This document shows positions 19,017-28,191 of a DNA stretch of 64,000 nucleotides, piece by piece. The notes under the pieces are model-generated. The model was not told where the DNA came from and made no database searches. It saw only the letters and a list, made by a program, of their open reading frames with translations. The DNA is from Clostridia bacterium (GTDB lineage: Bacteria > Bacillota > Clostridia > UBA1381 > UMGS1253): the NCBI GenBank assembly GCA_045578865.1, contig JAZNLB010000025.1, positions 9,841 through 73,840 of the forward strand, given 5' to 3'. Each line of letters starts with the position of its first letter. The first letter of the stretch is position 1. The position numbers were made by a program, and so were the translations under genes.

Positions 19017-19574
19017 ATGAAAAAGTATTATCCGTTAGAGGTTGCCGGTTTAAAACGCGATTTGCAACTGTTTTCTGTGAACGAAAACTTAAAGATAGCT
19101 GCATTTATACTGTTCGGCGATGTGGAGTTGACCGAGTGTTGTGCACGAGAACTTTTAAAGGTTGCGCCGGAATATGATATTATGTTGACGGCTGAGGCGA
19201 AGAGTATTCCGCTGATTTATGAAATGGCGCGCCAAAGCGGAGAAAACAATTATATTATTGCGCGTAAAGGTCCGAAGGTATATATGGAAGATATAATTTC
19301 CACTGAGGTGGATTCCATTACGACGGCAGCAACGCAGAAGTTATATCTCGGCAAAACAGAGGTGGATGCTATTCGTGGAAAGCGTGTGCTGATTGTGGAT
19401 GATGTTATCAGTACCGGTGAATCGCTTGCGGCGATGGAAAAATTAATTTCGATTGCCGGGGGTCATGTGGTAGGCAAATTGGCGGTGTTGGCTGAGGGAG
19501 ATGCCATTGCGCGCGAGGACATTACGGTGCTCGGACCTTTGCCACTGTTTGATCATGAGGGAAATCCGCTTTAA
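19017..19574 (+). CDS. type I phosphoribosyltransferase family protein (adenine PRTase-like)
   Basis: The PRPP motif VLIVDDVISTGES is present. GGTGAGGG RBS lies before the ATG at 19017. Confidence 0.75.
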   Translation: MKKYYPLEVAGLKRDLQLFSVNENLKIAAFILFGDVELTECCARELLKVAPEYDIMLTAEAKSIPLIYEMARQSGENNYIIARKGPKVYMEDIISTEVDSITTAATQKLYLGKTEVDAIRGKRVLIVDDVISTGESLAAMEKLISIAGGHVVGKLAVLAEGDAIAREDITVLGPLPLFDHEGNPL

Positions 19575-19584
19575 TACATAGTTT

Positions 19585-19625
19585 AAGCACCTGCAATATA
19601 AACAAAATTGCAGGTGCTTTTTTAT
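19585..19625 (+). terminator. rho-independent terminator
   Basis: The stem aagcacctgcaat / attgcaggtgctt is followed by a T-run. Confidence 0.85.
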
Positions 19626-19717
19626 TCAAAATTTACATAAATAAGGCGGAGCATTGACTTTTATGTGCTTGTTTTGTATAATTACAATAGTGATTTGTAT
19701 TTTAAGGAGGAGCGGAT

Positions 19718-20695
19718 ATGAGAAAGATTTTGGCATGGTTCACATTAGTATGCGTGCTTTTGAGTGCGGTTGCGTTTGCGGTTTCGGCACAGGAATTTTC
19801 CGATATGCCGGACAACTGGGCAACTGCGGCGCTGGAAAGAGCGGTAAAGGATGGTTTAATCAATGGCTATGGCGGCATGATTATGCCGAATGAAAGTCTT
19901 ACGCGTGCACAGATGGCGGCGATTTTTGTTCGCGCTTTTGGGGTGGACGGTAAGGCGGATATATCTGCATTTGAAGATATGAATTCAGATGCATGGTATT
20001 ATGCCGATATGGAAAAGGCAGTGCATGCAGGTTGGTTTAAAGGCGATGGCACAAAGCTGAATCCGGATGCGCCTATCACCAGAGAAGAGGCATTTACGGT
20101 TATTGCGCGCGCGTTTTATTTGAAAAACGGCGATGCACAGATGCTTGAACCTTACACAGATGCTTCGTCGGTTTCCGATTGGGCAGTTCCGTATGTAACG
20201 GCACTTTTGAACAAAGGTCTTGTTGCGGGTTCAAACGGAAATGTAAATCCGAAAAATAACATCAGCCGCGCAGAGTTTGCAGTGGTAATGGACAGAGCGG
20301 TAGCGGCATATGTTACAACCGAGGGCGAATGCCAGTTGGATTTAAAAGGACATAAGGGTGCTGTAATTATTAAAGCAAATAATGTAGTGTTTAAAGAGGC
20401 TGTTGTTGAGGGTGACTTGATTATTTCTTCGCTCGTAGATGCGAAAACGGTCAATCTTGCAAAACTTGACTGCAAAGGTGTAGTGCATTACAATTCTTCT
20501 CAAGTGGAGAAGGAAGAAGAGAAGCCATCTAATGCCGGCGGCGGTGGCGGCGGTGGCGGTGATAATAATGGTAGCGCGGATGTTGATGGTCCGAATGACA
20601 ATGAATCGGAAGAAAATCCGGATGAACCGTACTATAACATGGGAGATGAAGATATAGAGGACGGCGGAAAGATGGACGATGCAGATGACTTGTAA
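19718..20695 (+). CDS. secreted S-layer-homology (SLH) domain protein with a Gly-run and acidic C-terminal tail
   Basis: A signal peptide (MRKILAWFTLVCVLLSAVAFAVSA) is followed by three SLH-like repeats (FSDMPDNWATAALERAV..., FEDMNSDAWYYADMEKAV..., YTDASSVSDWAVPYVTAL...), then GGGGGGGG and a D/E-rich tail. Confidence 0.85.
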   Translation: MRKILAWFTLVCVLLSAVAFAVSAQEFSDMPDNWATAALERAVKDGLINGYGGMIMPNESLTRAQMAAIFVRAFGVDGKADISAFEDMNSDAWYYADMEKAVHAGWFKGDGTKLNPDAPITREEAFTVIARAFYLKNGDAQMLEPYTDASSVSDWAVPYVTALLNKGLVAGSNGNVNPKNNISRAEFAVVMDRAVAAYVTTEGECQLDLKGHKGAVIIKANNVVFKEAVVEGDLIISSLVDAKTVNLAKLDCKGVVHYNSSQVEKEEEKPSNAGGGGGGGGDNNGSADVDGPNDNESEENPDEPYYNMGDEDIEDGGKMDDADDL

Positions 20696-21404
20696 GGTTG
20701 TCCGGGTTAAGGCACGCATAGCTGATTTAAATGTTTTGATGCACTGCAAGACGCAGTATATGGTAAATCGACTCGATAAGTATGTGTCCGATTTTGATGG
20801 CGCTCCCGATGTAGAAATTGATATTTCTTTAAAGCAAATGGAGCAGTATTGCGAACTACATCCGAATTTGAATACGGATATGGCAGAATACATCTTGAGT
20901 AGCATCAAGTTTTATGTGCAGTTGTGCAAAAAATATAATGGTCTTATGATTCATGCATCTGCCATAGCAATGGACGGGAAGGGATATTTGTTTTCGGCAG
21001 ACAGCGGCACTGGTAAGTCGACGCATGTAAAGCAATGGCATAATGTTTTTGGCGAGCGAGTGCAAACGATAAATGACGATAAGCCAGCCGTACGATTGAT
21101 GCCTGCGGGATGGATGGTATATGGAACGCCTTGGAGCGGAAAAACGACATTGAATGAAAATATTTGCGTTCCGCTGCATGCGATTGCAATTTTGCATCGC
21201 AGCGAAAAAAATTCGGTTCTACCTATGCCGGAAAAGGACAGCGTAACGAATTTGTTGCAACAAACCATCAGACCTAAGACAATGCAGTGGGCAGATGTAT
21301 TTTATCAGCTGCTTTCGAAACTGATAGAGCAAGTGCCGGTCTATGATTTGGGATGTAATATTTCCGAAGAGGCGGCAAGCATTGCATACGAAACCATGAG
21401 ATAA
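20679..21404 (+). CDS. HPr-kinase-like (HprK C-terminal/PEPCK-fold) P-loop protein, orphan
   Basis: HASAIAMDGKGYLFSADSGTGKSTH...INDDKPAV parallels the HprK/P core H-G-x6-G-x-G-x-L-x2-G-x-SG-x-GKS...DD. The start overlaps the SLH gene end by 17 nt. Confidence 0.6.
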   Translation: MQMTCKVVRVKARIADLNVLMHCKTQYMVNRLDKYVSDFDGAPDVEIDISLKQMEQYCELHPNLNTDMAEYILSSIKFYVQLCKKYNGLMIHASAIAMDGKGYLFSADSGTGKSTHVKQWHNVFGERVQTINDDKPAVRLMPAGWMVYGTPWSGKTTLNENICVPLHAIAILHRSEKNSVLPMPEKDSVTNLLQQTIRPKTMQWADVFYQLLSKLIEQVPVYDLGCNISEEAASIAYETMR

Positions 21405-21413
21405 TCATTTTAA

Positions 21414-21450
21414 GCGGTAGAAAATTTTACATTTTCCACTGCTTTTTTTC
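21414..21450 (+). terminator. imperfect hairpin plus T7 run after the HprK-like gene
   Basis: The stem gcggtagaaaat / attttccactgc is followed by ttttttt. Confidence 0.6.
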
Positions 21451-21565
21451 TTGTGGAAAACATACAAAAAGACATAAAAACTTTGTAAAAATGGCACAAA
21501 AAGGAAAAATAGGCTTGTGGAGGGTAAAAAAATATATAAATTGCACAAAAAATTGAAAGTTTTTC

Positions 21566-21597
21566 TTGCAAATTACTACAAAATCGTTTATTATAAT
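21566..21597 (+). promoter_or_regulatory. sigma-A promoter for the PucR-type regulator (TTGCAA-N17-TATTAT, overlapping TATAAT)
   Basis: Read directly from the sequence. Confidence 0.5.
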
Positions 21598-21631
21598 ATT
21601 GAGCGTTTAAAAATATGCACAAAAAGAAATA

Positions 21632-21652
21632 TGCAAATTCTTACAATTTGCA
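21632..21652. promoter_or_regulatory. perfect 8-5-8 inverted repeat TGCAAATT-cttac-AATTTGCA in the regulator leader
   Basis: Read directly. It lies between the predicted -10 and the start codon at 21707. Confidence 0.5.
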
Positions 21653-21706
21653 CGAAAAGCACATGCGTGTTTTCGAGGATGAATTGCTTTGGGAGGAAAC
21701 TAAGTT

Positions 21707-22792
21707 ATGATGAAAAAAACTTTCCAAAATGTGATTAACCAGATGGATGCGTTTTTAACTGCGCCTGTTGGGGTTATGGATTTTGAAGGGTATGTGATTG
21801 CGACAAACGCATCGGAGGATATGGGCGAGTATGCTGAAAGCTTTGTTGCTACTGCAACGGACTGTCTGCAGGTACATAATTGTCGCGGGTACAGCATTTG
21901 CGGTATCAGTAAGTCTAAAAAGACGGAGCATATCGTTTATGTGCGCGGCACTTCTGATGAGGCAAGAAGAACATGTATGATGCTCGCAGTATCTTTAAAC
22001 AATATTCGCGTATTCTATGATGATAAGTATGACAAGACAACATTTATCAAAAACATCATTTCGGATAATACATTACCGTTGGATTTGCATCAGCGTTCGC
22101 GCGAGTTGCATTTAGACTATGAGCAGGAGCGAGTTGTATTTATCTTAAAAGTTTTACAGGCAGGCGATGTTGCGGCGATTGATGTGTTTATGAATCTGTT
22201 TCCGAAGACGGAGCATGATTTTGTATTTGCGATGGATGATGCAACTATCGTTTTGGTAAAAGAAATTGATGCCGAAACAACGGAAGACGGTCTGGAAAAA
22301 CTTGCTCAGACCATTGCGGATACTTTAAGCTCCGAAGCAATGCTCAATGTAATGATTGGCGTTTCTACGGTTACAAATACGGTAAGTTCTTTGGCAGCGG
22401 CTTACAAGGAAGCGCAGATTGCATTGGAAGTTGGCAGTGTGTTTGAAAAAGAGAAGCGTATTTTAACCTATAAAAATCTAGGTGTTGGCCGATTGATTTA
22501 TTATTTACCGATTAAACTTTGTCAGTTGTTTTTGCAGGAAGTTTTGACAAAGCGCGGTTTGGATGCGCTCGACGAAGAAATTGTAACAACGATTTATGAG
22601 TTCTTTAAAAATGACCTCAATGTCAGCGAAACTGCACGAAAACTGTATATCCACAGAAACACGCTTGTGTATCGTCTGGATAAGGTGCAAAAGACCATTG
22701 GTCTTGATTTGCGTAAGTTTGACGATGCGGTTGTGTTTAAAGTTGCCATGATGGTACAGCAGTATTTAGAGTCCAGTCCTATGAAGATTTAA
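21707..22792 (+). CDS. PucR/CdaR-family transcriptional regulator
   Basis: The C-terminal HTH ETARKLYIHRNTLVYRLDKVQKTIGLDL is typical of PucR_C. GGGAGG RBS is present. Confidence 0.8.
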   Translation: MMKKTFQNVINQMDAFLTAPVGVMDFEGYVIATNASEDMGEYAESFVATATDCLQVHNCRGYSICGISKSKKTEHIVYVRGTSDEARRTCMMLAVSLNNIRVFYDDKYDKTTFIKNIISDNTLPLDLHQRSRELHLDYEQERVVFILKVLQAGDVAAIDVFMNLFPKTEHDFVFAMDDATIVLVKEIDAETTEDGLEKLAQTIADTLSSEAMLNVMIGVSTVTNTVSSLAAAYKEAQIALEVGSVFEKEKRILTYKNLGVGRLIYYLPIKLCQLFLQEVLTKRGLDALDEEIVTTIYEFFKNDLNVSETARKLYIHRNTLVYRLDKVQKTIGLDLRKFDDAVVFKVAMMVQQYLESSPMKI

Positions 22793-22804
22793 CGGAGAAG
22801 AATT

Positions 22805-23494
22805 ATGATAACCTTTGAAAATGTAACAAAAGTTTATGAAAACGGCACCAAAGCACTTGACAATGTCAACTTTCACATTGATAAAGGTGAATTTGTCTTT
22901 GTTGTCGGACCGAGCGGCTCTGGTAAGTCTACCTTGACGCGCTTGCTTTTGCATGAAGAGATGCCGAGCGAAGGCTCTATTATTTTAAACGGCACACATG
23001 TAGAGAGACTGAATCGTAAGCAAATTCCGTATATGCGCCGTAAAGTTGGTGTGATTTTTCAGGATTTTCGTTTGTTGGAGGACCGTACGGTTGTAGAAAA
23101 CATAGCGTTTGCAATGAAAATCGTAGGTGCATCCACAAGAGAAATCCGCAGACAAATTCCGAGCCTTTTAAGTATGGTAGGGCTTTCCAACAAAGCAAGG
23201 CTTTACCCGTCGCAACTGTCTCGCGGTGAGGCGCAGCGTGTTGCAGTCGCGCGTGCGCTTGCAAATAATCCGCCGATTTTACTTGCAGATGAACCTACGG
23301 CCAGCTTGCCGCCGGATACCGCGTTTGAAATTGTGAAGTTGCTTTGCGATATCAATGAGCGCGGCACAACGGTTGTTATGGCGACACATGCCAAGGAAAT
23401 CGTTGATGCGGTGCACAAAAGAGTCATAGCCATAGAAGACGGCAAATTGGTGCGTGACGACAGAAGAGGAGGTTATGCGCGTGAAAGCGAATAA
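22805..23494 (+). CDS. ftsE: cell division ATP-binding protein FtsE
   Basis: Walker A GPSGSGKST, an ABC-signature-like LSRGEAQR (degenerate LSGGQ) and Walker B ILLADEPT are present. Confidence 0.93.
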   Translation: MITFENVTKVYENGTKALDNVNFHIDKGEFVFVVGPSGSGKSTLTRLLLHEEMPSEGSIILNGTHVERLNRKQIPYMRRKVGVIFQDFRLLEDRTVVENIAFAMKIVGASTREIRRQIPSLLSMVGLSNKARLYPSQLSRGEAQRVAVARALANNPPILLADEPTASLPPDTAFEIVKLLCDINERGTTVVMATHAKEIVDAVHKRVIAIEDGKLVRDDRRGGYARESE

Positions 23495-24371
23495 TTTTAA
23501 GTATTATTTATCGCAGGCGCTTCGAAGCGTGTTTCGAAACGGCCTGACCAGCATGACCTCTATTTTGACCGTAGTGTGTTGTATGATTATTCTGGGGTTA
23601 TTTTTAACTATTAGTTTGAATGTCAATCATATTGCGCTTCAGTTGGAGCAACAATGCGAGGTGCAGGCGTTTATTGATGAAACCTATACAAAAAATCAGG
23701 TACAGTCTGTGAAAAAGAAAGTGGAAGCGCTTGAAAATATCAGTTCGGTAGAAATTTTCAGCAAAGAGGATACGCTCGAATACATGCGTGAGCTTTCTGA
23801 GGACAACGCCTCGCTATTAGACGGATATGACGGGGAAGATAATCCCTTCCGCGACTCATTGAAAATCTATTTGGTGGATTTGGAGTATATGACGGATACG
23901 ATTGCACAAATTTCGGAAGTGGAAGGCGTTGCAGAAGTGTCGGATAAACAGACCATGATGCAAAATATTTTGACACTCAGTAAGGGCATACGCAATGTGA
24001 GTTTTTGGGGAATGCTGTTGCTGTGTCTTGTTTCCGTATTTATCATTGCCAACACCATAAAGCTTGCCGTATATGCAAGAAGAAAAGAAATCAATGTTAT
24101 GAAATTTGTCGGCGCAACCGATTGGTTTATCCGTTGGCCATTTATTATTGAAGGCGTTATCATCGGCATTTTGGGTGCGCTTGTTGCCTTTGCTCTTGTA
24201 TCCTGGGGTTATATTGCGCTTTTGGGCACCTCTACTTTGAATGTGGATATGTTTACGCTCAAATCGTATGGTGAAATATCGTGGACAATGCTTACGATGT
24301 TTGTTTCTATCGGCGCTGTAATTGGTGCGCTCGGAAGTGCAATGTCTATTCGTAAGCATCTGGATGTATAG
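23475..24371 (+). CDS. ftsX: cell division permease-like protein FtsX
   Basis: The topology is TM1, a large extracytoplasmic loop, then 3 TM. GAGGAGG lies before the ATG at 23475, and the gene overlaps the ftsE end by 20 nt. Confidence 0.9.
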   Translation: MRVKANNFKYYLSQALRSVFRNGLTSMTSILTVVCCMIILGLFLTISLNVNHIALQLEQQCEVQAFIDETYTKNQVQSVKKKVEALENISSVEIFSKEDTLEYMRELSEDNASLLDGYDGEDNPFRDSLKIYLVDLEYMTDTIAQISEVEGVAEVSDKQTMMQNILTLSKGIRNVSFWGMLLLCLVSVFIIANTIKLAVYARRKEINVMKFVGATDWFIRWPFIIEGVIIGILGALVAFALVSWGYIALLGTSTLNVDMFTLKSYGEISWTMLTMFVSIGAVIGALGSAMSIRKHLDV

Positions 24372-24374
24372 GAG

Positions 24375-25538
24375 ATGGATATGAAGAATAAAATTGCATC
24401 TGTCATTTGTTTGATTGTTGCGATTTGTCTTTGCTTTGCTATTGCCATGCCGGCGATTTTCGGCATCATTGCTTCGGCAGACGCGTTGCAGGATAAGTAC
24501 AATCAAAACAATAAGGAACAAGAAAAATTACAACAACAAATCAATCAGAAGAAGAGTGAGCGTAAGTCAAAGGAAGCGGAAAAAGATCGTATAGACGGTG
24601 AAATTGCAACTTTGAATTCGCAGATTGATGCACTCAACCGCAAGATTAACGCAAACAAAGCGGAAATTGCACAAAAGGAAGAAGAAATCGAAGCGGTCGA
24701 AGATAAAATCGAAGAAAGCGACGAATTATTGAAAATGCGCTTGCGCGTGATGTATGAAAAGGGAAGCGTGTCCTATCTGGAGATTTTGTTTAGCGCAACG
24801 AGTTTTTCGGATTTGATGGTGCGTGCGGATATGGTGCAGCAACTTATGGCACACGACAATGCGTTAATTGCGGAACTTCAGGATAAGAAAAGTGCTATTC
24901 AGGCATCCAAAGCGGAAATTGAGAAGTTTCAGGCAGAAAATGAGCAGGCAAAAGAGGCGATTGCCGAGCAGCGTAAGTCGCTCGATGCAAAGAGTGAAAA
25001 AAGCCTTGCTTTAATCAACGAACTGCGCTCGGATGAAGCATATCTTGAGGAGCAATATGAGCAGCGCCAGCGCGAAAATGAAGCGATTTTGCGGGAAATT
25101 CGTGCCGCAACACAGGGGAAAAATACAGCTACTTCTACCTATACCGGCGGTCAACTCGGATGGCCGTCCACTTTGCGGGGTACAATCACATCTGAATTTG
25201 GTGCGCGCACACTGCGCGGTAAGCCGGACAATCATACGGGTATAGATATTGCAGTGCCGATGGGCACACCGGTGCTTGCGTGCGAGGATGGCGTGGTGCT
25301 TTCGTCCGGTTGGCGAAACGGCGGCTATGGTAATTGTATTACCATCAGTCACGGCTCCATTACAACCCTGTATGCACATAACAGTGTGTTACAGGTCAGT
25401 GCGGGGCAGACAGTAAAGCGAGGTCAGCAGATTGCGCTTGCCGGCTCTACGGGCAATTCTACCGGTCCACATATTCATCTTGGTGTTATCAATAACTCTA
25501 CGGGAAAATATGAAAATCCGAGACCGTATATATTCTGA
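24375..25538 (+). CDS. coiled-coil M23 metallopeptidase (EnvC/PcsB-like murein hydrolase or activator)
   Basis: An N-terminal anchor is followed by about 230 aa of heptad-rich sequence, then M23 motifs HTGIDIAVPMGTPV and GPHIHLGV. Confidence 0.88.
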   Translation: MDMKNKIASVICLIVAICLCFAIAMPAIFGIIASADALQDKYNQNNKEQEKLQQQINQKKSERKSKEAEKDRIDGEIATLNSQIDALNRKINANKAEIAQKEEEIEAVEDKIEESDELLKMRLRVMYEKGSVSYLEILFSATSFSDLMVRADMVQQLMAHDNALIAELQDKKSAIQASKAEIEKFQAENEQAKEAIAEQRKSLDAKSEKSLALINELRSDEAYLEEQYEQRQRENEAILREIRAATQGKNTATSTYTGGQLGWPSTLRGTITSEFGARTLRGKPDNHTGIDIAVPMGTPVLACEDGVVLSSGWRNGGYGNCITISHGSITTLYAHNSVLQVSAGQTVKRGQQIALAGSTGNSTGPHIHLGVINNSTGKYENPRPYIF

Positions 25539-25600
25539 TACGATAGAATAGACTGATAAGGACGAATTGTTAATTCGTCCTTTTTGTTGGAGGTTTGATT

Positions 25601-26797
25601 ATGGAATACTCAAAAAAGAAACTAATTATTGCTTGCATCATTTCTGTCTTGGTTACTTTTGCGGTGACTGTTGTGCTGAGTATTGGTGTATATGAAACGC
25701 TTTTGGAACGCACGATTCTGGCAGATGAGAGCAGCGGCGTACTTTCGGAAATCAAAACCTACATTGATGCGATGTATTTAAATTCGTATGAGGAAGAAGA
25801 GTTGTATGCATCGGCAGCAAAGGGGATGACGGAAGCGCTCGATGCGTACACCAACTACTACACACCGACGGAATTTGAGTCCTTTTTAACGGCAACGCGC
25901 GGCAGTTATGTTGGTGTTGGCTTGGTACTGTCGCAGATGGAGAGCGGCGAAATTATGATTTTGCAGGTCTATGAGGACAGTCCGGGTGCGGTGGCCGGTG
26001 TGCGCGCAGGCGATATTTTAGTCAGCGTGGACGGTACGGCTTATGATGAACTGGATGCTGCGGCAACAGCGCTTCGTGGTGATGGAAGTGCACTGCAAGG
26101 CGAAGGCAGTATGGTTACTGCGAATTTTAAAAGAGAGGGCATGGTTTATGTAGCATCTATGACACGCCGTGCCATTCGCTTGCAAACGGTTCGCTCAAGT
26201 ATCGAAGACGGTGGCGTAGGTTATTTTAAAATTTCTTCGTTTGACGAAGATACGGATGCGGAATTTAAAACGCAGTATATGGAGCTTACCAAGCAGGGAA
26301 TAACGAGTATTCTGCTTGACTTGCGCGACAATGGCGGCGGTGATTTCTACACGGTTTGCCGACTTGCGGAGATGTTTTTAAAAGAGGGGCAGACGATTGT
26401 CTATCGCGAGGATAAATACGGCAAAAGAGAGTATGAGTATGCGAAGGATGGATTTATAGATTTGCCCGTGGTGATTTTGGCCAATGAAAACAGTGCAAGT
26501 GCATCAGAGGTACTCATCGGTGCGCTTAAAGGGAACGGCAGACTCAAAGCACTGGTCGGAACAAATACCTTCGGCAAAGGAATTACGCAAAATGTGTTTC
26601 CGCTTCGTCATGGTGGCGGCCTGAGTATTACGGTTGAGCAGTATTATACGCCGGACGATAAGTGCATCCATGGTGTCGGATTTGCGCCGGATGTGATGGT
26701 GGTAACGGGCTTTGCGCCGGGGTATCCTGTGGAGGCGATTGAGCGTGCACAGGATGTGCAACTGATTCGGGCATTGACCGTAATAAAAGGACAGTGA
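25601..26797 (+). CDS. ctpA: S41 carboxy-terminal processing protease (CtpA-like) with PDZ domain
   Basis: An N-terminal TM, a PDZ-like GDILVSVDG segment, DLRDNGGG, and the Ser/Lys dyad region ENSASASEVLIGALK are present. Confidence 0.9.
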   Translation: MEYSKKKLIIACIISVLVTFAVTVVLSIGVYETLLERTILADESSGVLSEIKTYIDAMYLNSYEEEELYASAAKGMTEALDAYTNYYTPTEFESFLTATRGSYVGVGLVLSQMESGEIMILQVYEDSPGAVAGVRAGDILVSVDGTAYDELDAAATALRGDGSALQGEGSMVTANFKREGMVYVASMTRRAIRLQTVRSSIEDGGVGYFKISSFDEDTDAEFKTQYMELTKQGITSILLDLRDNGGGDFYTVCRLAEMFLKEGQTIVYREDKYGKREYEYAKDGFIDLPVVILANENSASASEVLIGALKGNGRLKALVGTNTFGKGITQNVFPLRHGGGLSITVEQYYTPDDKCIHGVGFAPDVMVVTGFAPGYPVEAIERAQDVQLIRALTVIKGQ

Positions 26798-26816
26798 GCA
26801 AAACCTCACTGTCCTT
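26787..26816. terminator. bidirectional hairpin between ctpA and the convergent esterase gene
   Basis: The stem aaggacagtgag / ctcactgtcctt overlaps the ctpA stop codon. Confidence 0.7.
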
Positions 26817-26824
26817 ATATTCGT

Positions 26825-27643
26825 TTATTTGACAAAGTCTATCAGTTTTAGCCATTCATGGAGCATGCCACTCCAACGAGCGACATAATCGTTTTTCGTA
26901 TCGCGGCCGTATTTTGGATCGCCATCGGCAAGTCCCAAGCCATGCGGGCCAAACGGGAAGATGTGCATCTGCGTTTGAATTTCATATTTACGAAGAGCTT
27001 TTGCATAATCCAAACTGTTAATTACGCTTACGCTTCCATCAGAAAAAGTGTGCCAGATAAAGGCCTTTGGTGTCTTTTCGCTCACGATTAGGTCTGGGCT
27101 TAAATCTAAACCGAGTTCTGCGTGGCGCTCGGCAAGCAGATTTTGAGCGCTGCCGATATGTGTACTGATTGGATCTGAAAGTTTAATAACCGGATAGCAC
27201 AGAATTTGTGCGTTTGGGATAAAATCTTCGTTGTCGATTTCATCAGAGTCTTCAAACTCAAGCGGTTCAAAGTAAGTGGAAACAAGGGCAGCGAGGTGAC
27301 CGCCGGCAGATGAACCCATTACAGCAACCTTGTTTTTGTTTACGCCATACTTATCTGCGAGCGCACGCACGGTACGAATTGCACGGCGCGCATCTAGAAG
27401 CGGCAGGGGAAAACGGTGCGGAGCAACACGGTAGTCACATACAAAGGCGGTAATGCCGAGTTTGTTTAAAAACAGTGCATAGGCGTCACCTTCATGTGGT
27501 GCACGGATGCGATAGCCGCCACCCGGAAAAATCACTACGGCTGCATCGGAGGTTTTGTTTTCGGGCGTATATACGGATAAGGTTGGCGTTTCCTCGCAAA
27601 GTCCGGGTGTATTATTCCAAAGATTTAATGTTTCTGTCAACAT
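26825..27643 (-). CDS. alpha/beta hydrolase (acetyl esterase/lipase, Aes-like)
   Basis: The oxyanion FPGGGY and the nucleophile elbow GSSAGGHL are present. Confidence 0.82.
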   Translation of the reverse strand: MLTETLNLWNNTPGLCEETPTLSVYTPENKTSDAAVVIFPGGGYRIRAPHEGDAYALFLNKLGITAFVCDYRVAPHRFPLPLLDARRAIRTVRALADKYGVNKNKVAVMGSSAGGHLAALVSTYFEPLEFEDSDEIDNEDFIPNAQILCYPVIKLSDPISTHIGSAQNLLAERHAELGLDLSPDLIVSEKTPKAFIWHTFSDGSVSVINSLDYAKALRKYEIQTQMHIFPFGPHGLGLADGDPKYGRDTKNDYVARWSGMLHEWLKLIDFVK

Positions 27644-27751
27644 GATTTTAACATCTCCTTTGAATTGTTTTAAGGATTAAAATTATTATCTCATAAACAG
27701 GAGAGAATGTATATATTTTTTTAAAAAACAATATAAAAAATTTAAAAAGGC

Positions 27752-27780
27752 TTGACAGAAGGGCATTTATATTGTAAAAT
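27752..27780 (+). promoter_or_regulatory. sigma-A promoter for ylxM-ffh-rpsP (TTGACA-N17-TAAAAT)
   Basis: Read directly from the sequence. Confidence 0.65.
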
Positions 27781-27828
27781 ATCAAATGTGTAAAGCAAAG
27801 TACTTTACAGCAAAGCGGAGGTGGGGTT

Positions 27829-28167
27829 ATGGAAAAGCAGCTGCATATCGGCGTTTTGCTGGATTATTACAAAAGTTTATTGACGGATAAGCAGGCAGAA
27901 TGCATAGAATTATACTATAACCAGGATTTATCTCTGTATGAGATTTCACAACTTTTAGATATTTCCAGACAGGGTGTGCGCGATAACATTAAGCGCGGCG
28001 AAAAGCAACTTTTGGTCTATGAACAGATGCTTTCACTGGCAGGGAAATATGAAGCTATTGAAGCGGCGTGTGATGAAATTGAAGAAAAACTGCGTGCGCT
28101 CAAAGAAACAGACAAGGCAAAAGAGATTTACGATTGCTTGAAAAATATCAGAAAACAGATTGGCTGA
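27829..28167 (+). CDS. ylxM: YlxM/UPF0122 putative DNA-binding protein of the SRP operon
   Basis: LLDYYKSLLTDKQAECIELYYNQDLSLYEISQLLDISRQGVRDNIKRGE is sigma-70 region-4-like. The gene is directly upstream of ffh. Confidence 0.88.
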   Translation: MEKQLHIGVLLDYYKSLLTDKQAECIELYYNQDLSLYEISQLLDISRQGVRDNIKRGEKQLLVYEQMLSLAGKYEAIEAACDEIEEKLRALKETDKAKEIYDCLKNIRKQIG

Positions 28168-28191
28168 CAATAGATTCGGAAAGGACCTGTT

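Noticed and set aside
21517-21738. 73-aa track ORF (GTG start) spanning the PucR regulator leader.
   Set aside because: The predicted promoter lies inside it and the GTG has no credible RBS. The composition is simply that of AT-rich intergenic DNA. Only the distal 35-codon AUG-initiated part is kept, as a low-probability uORF hypothesis in the leader finding.
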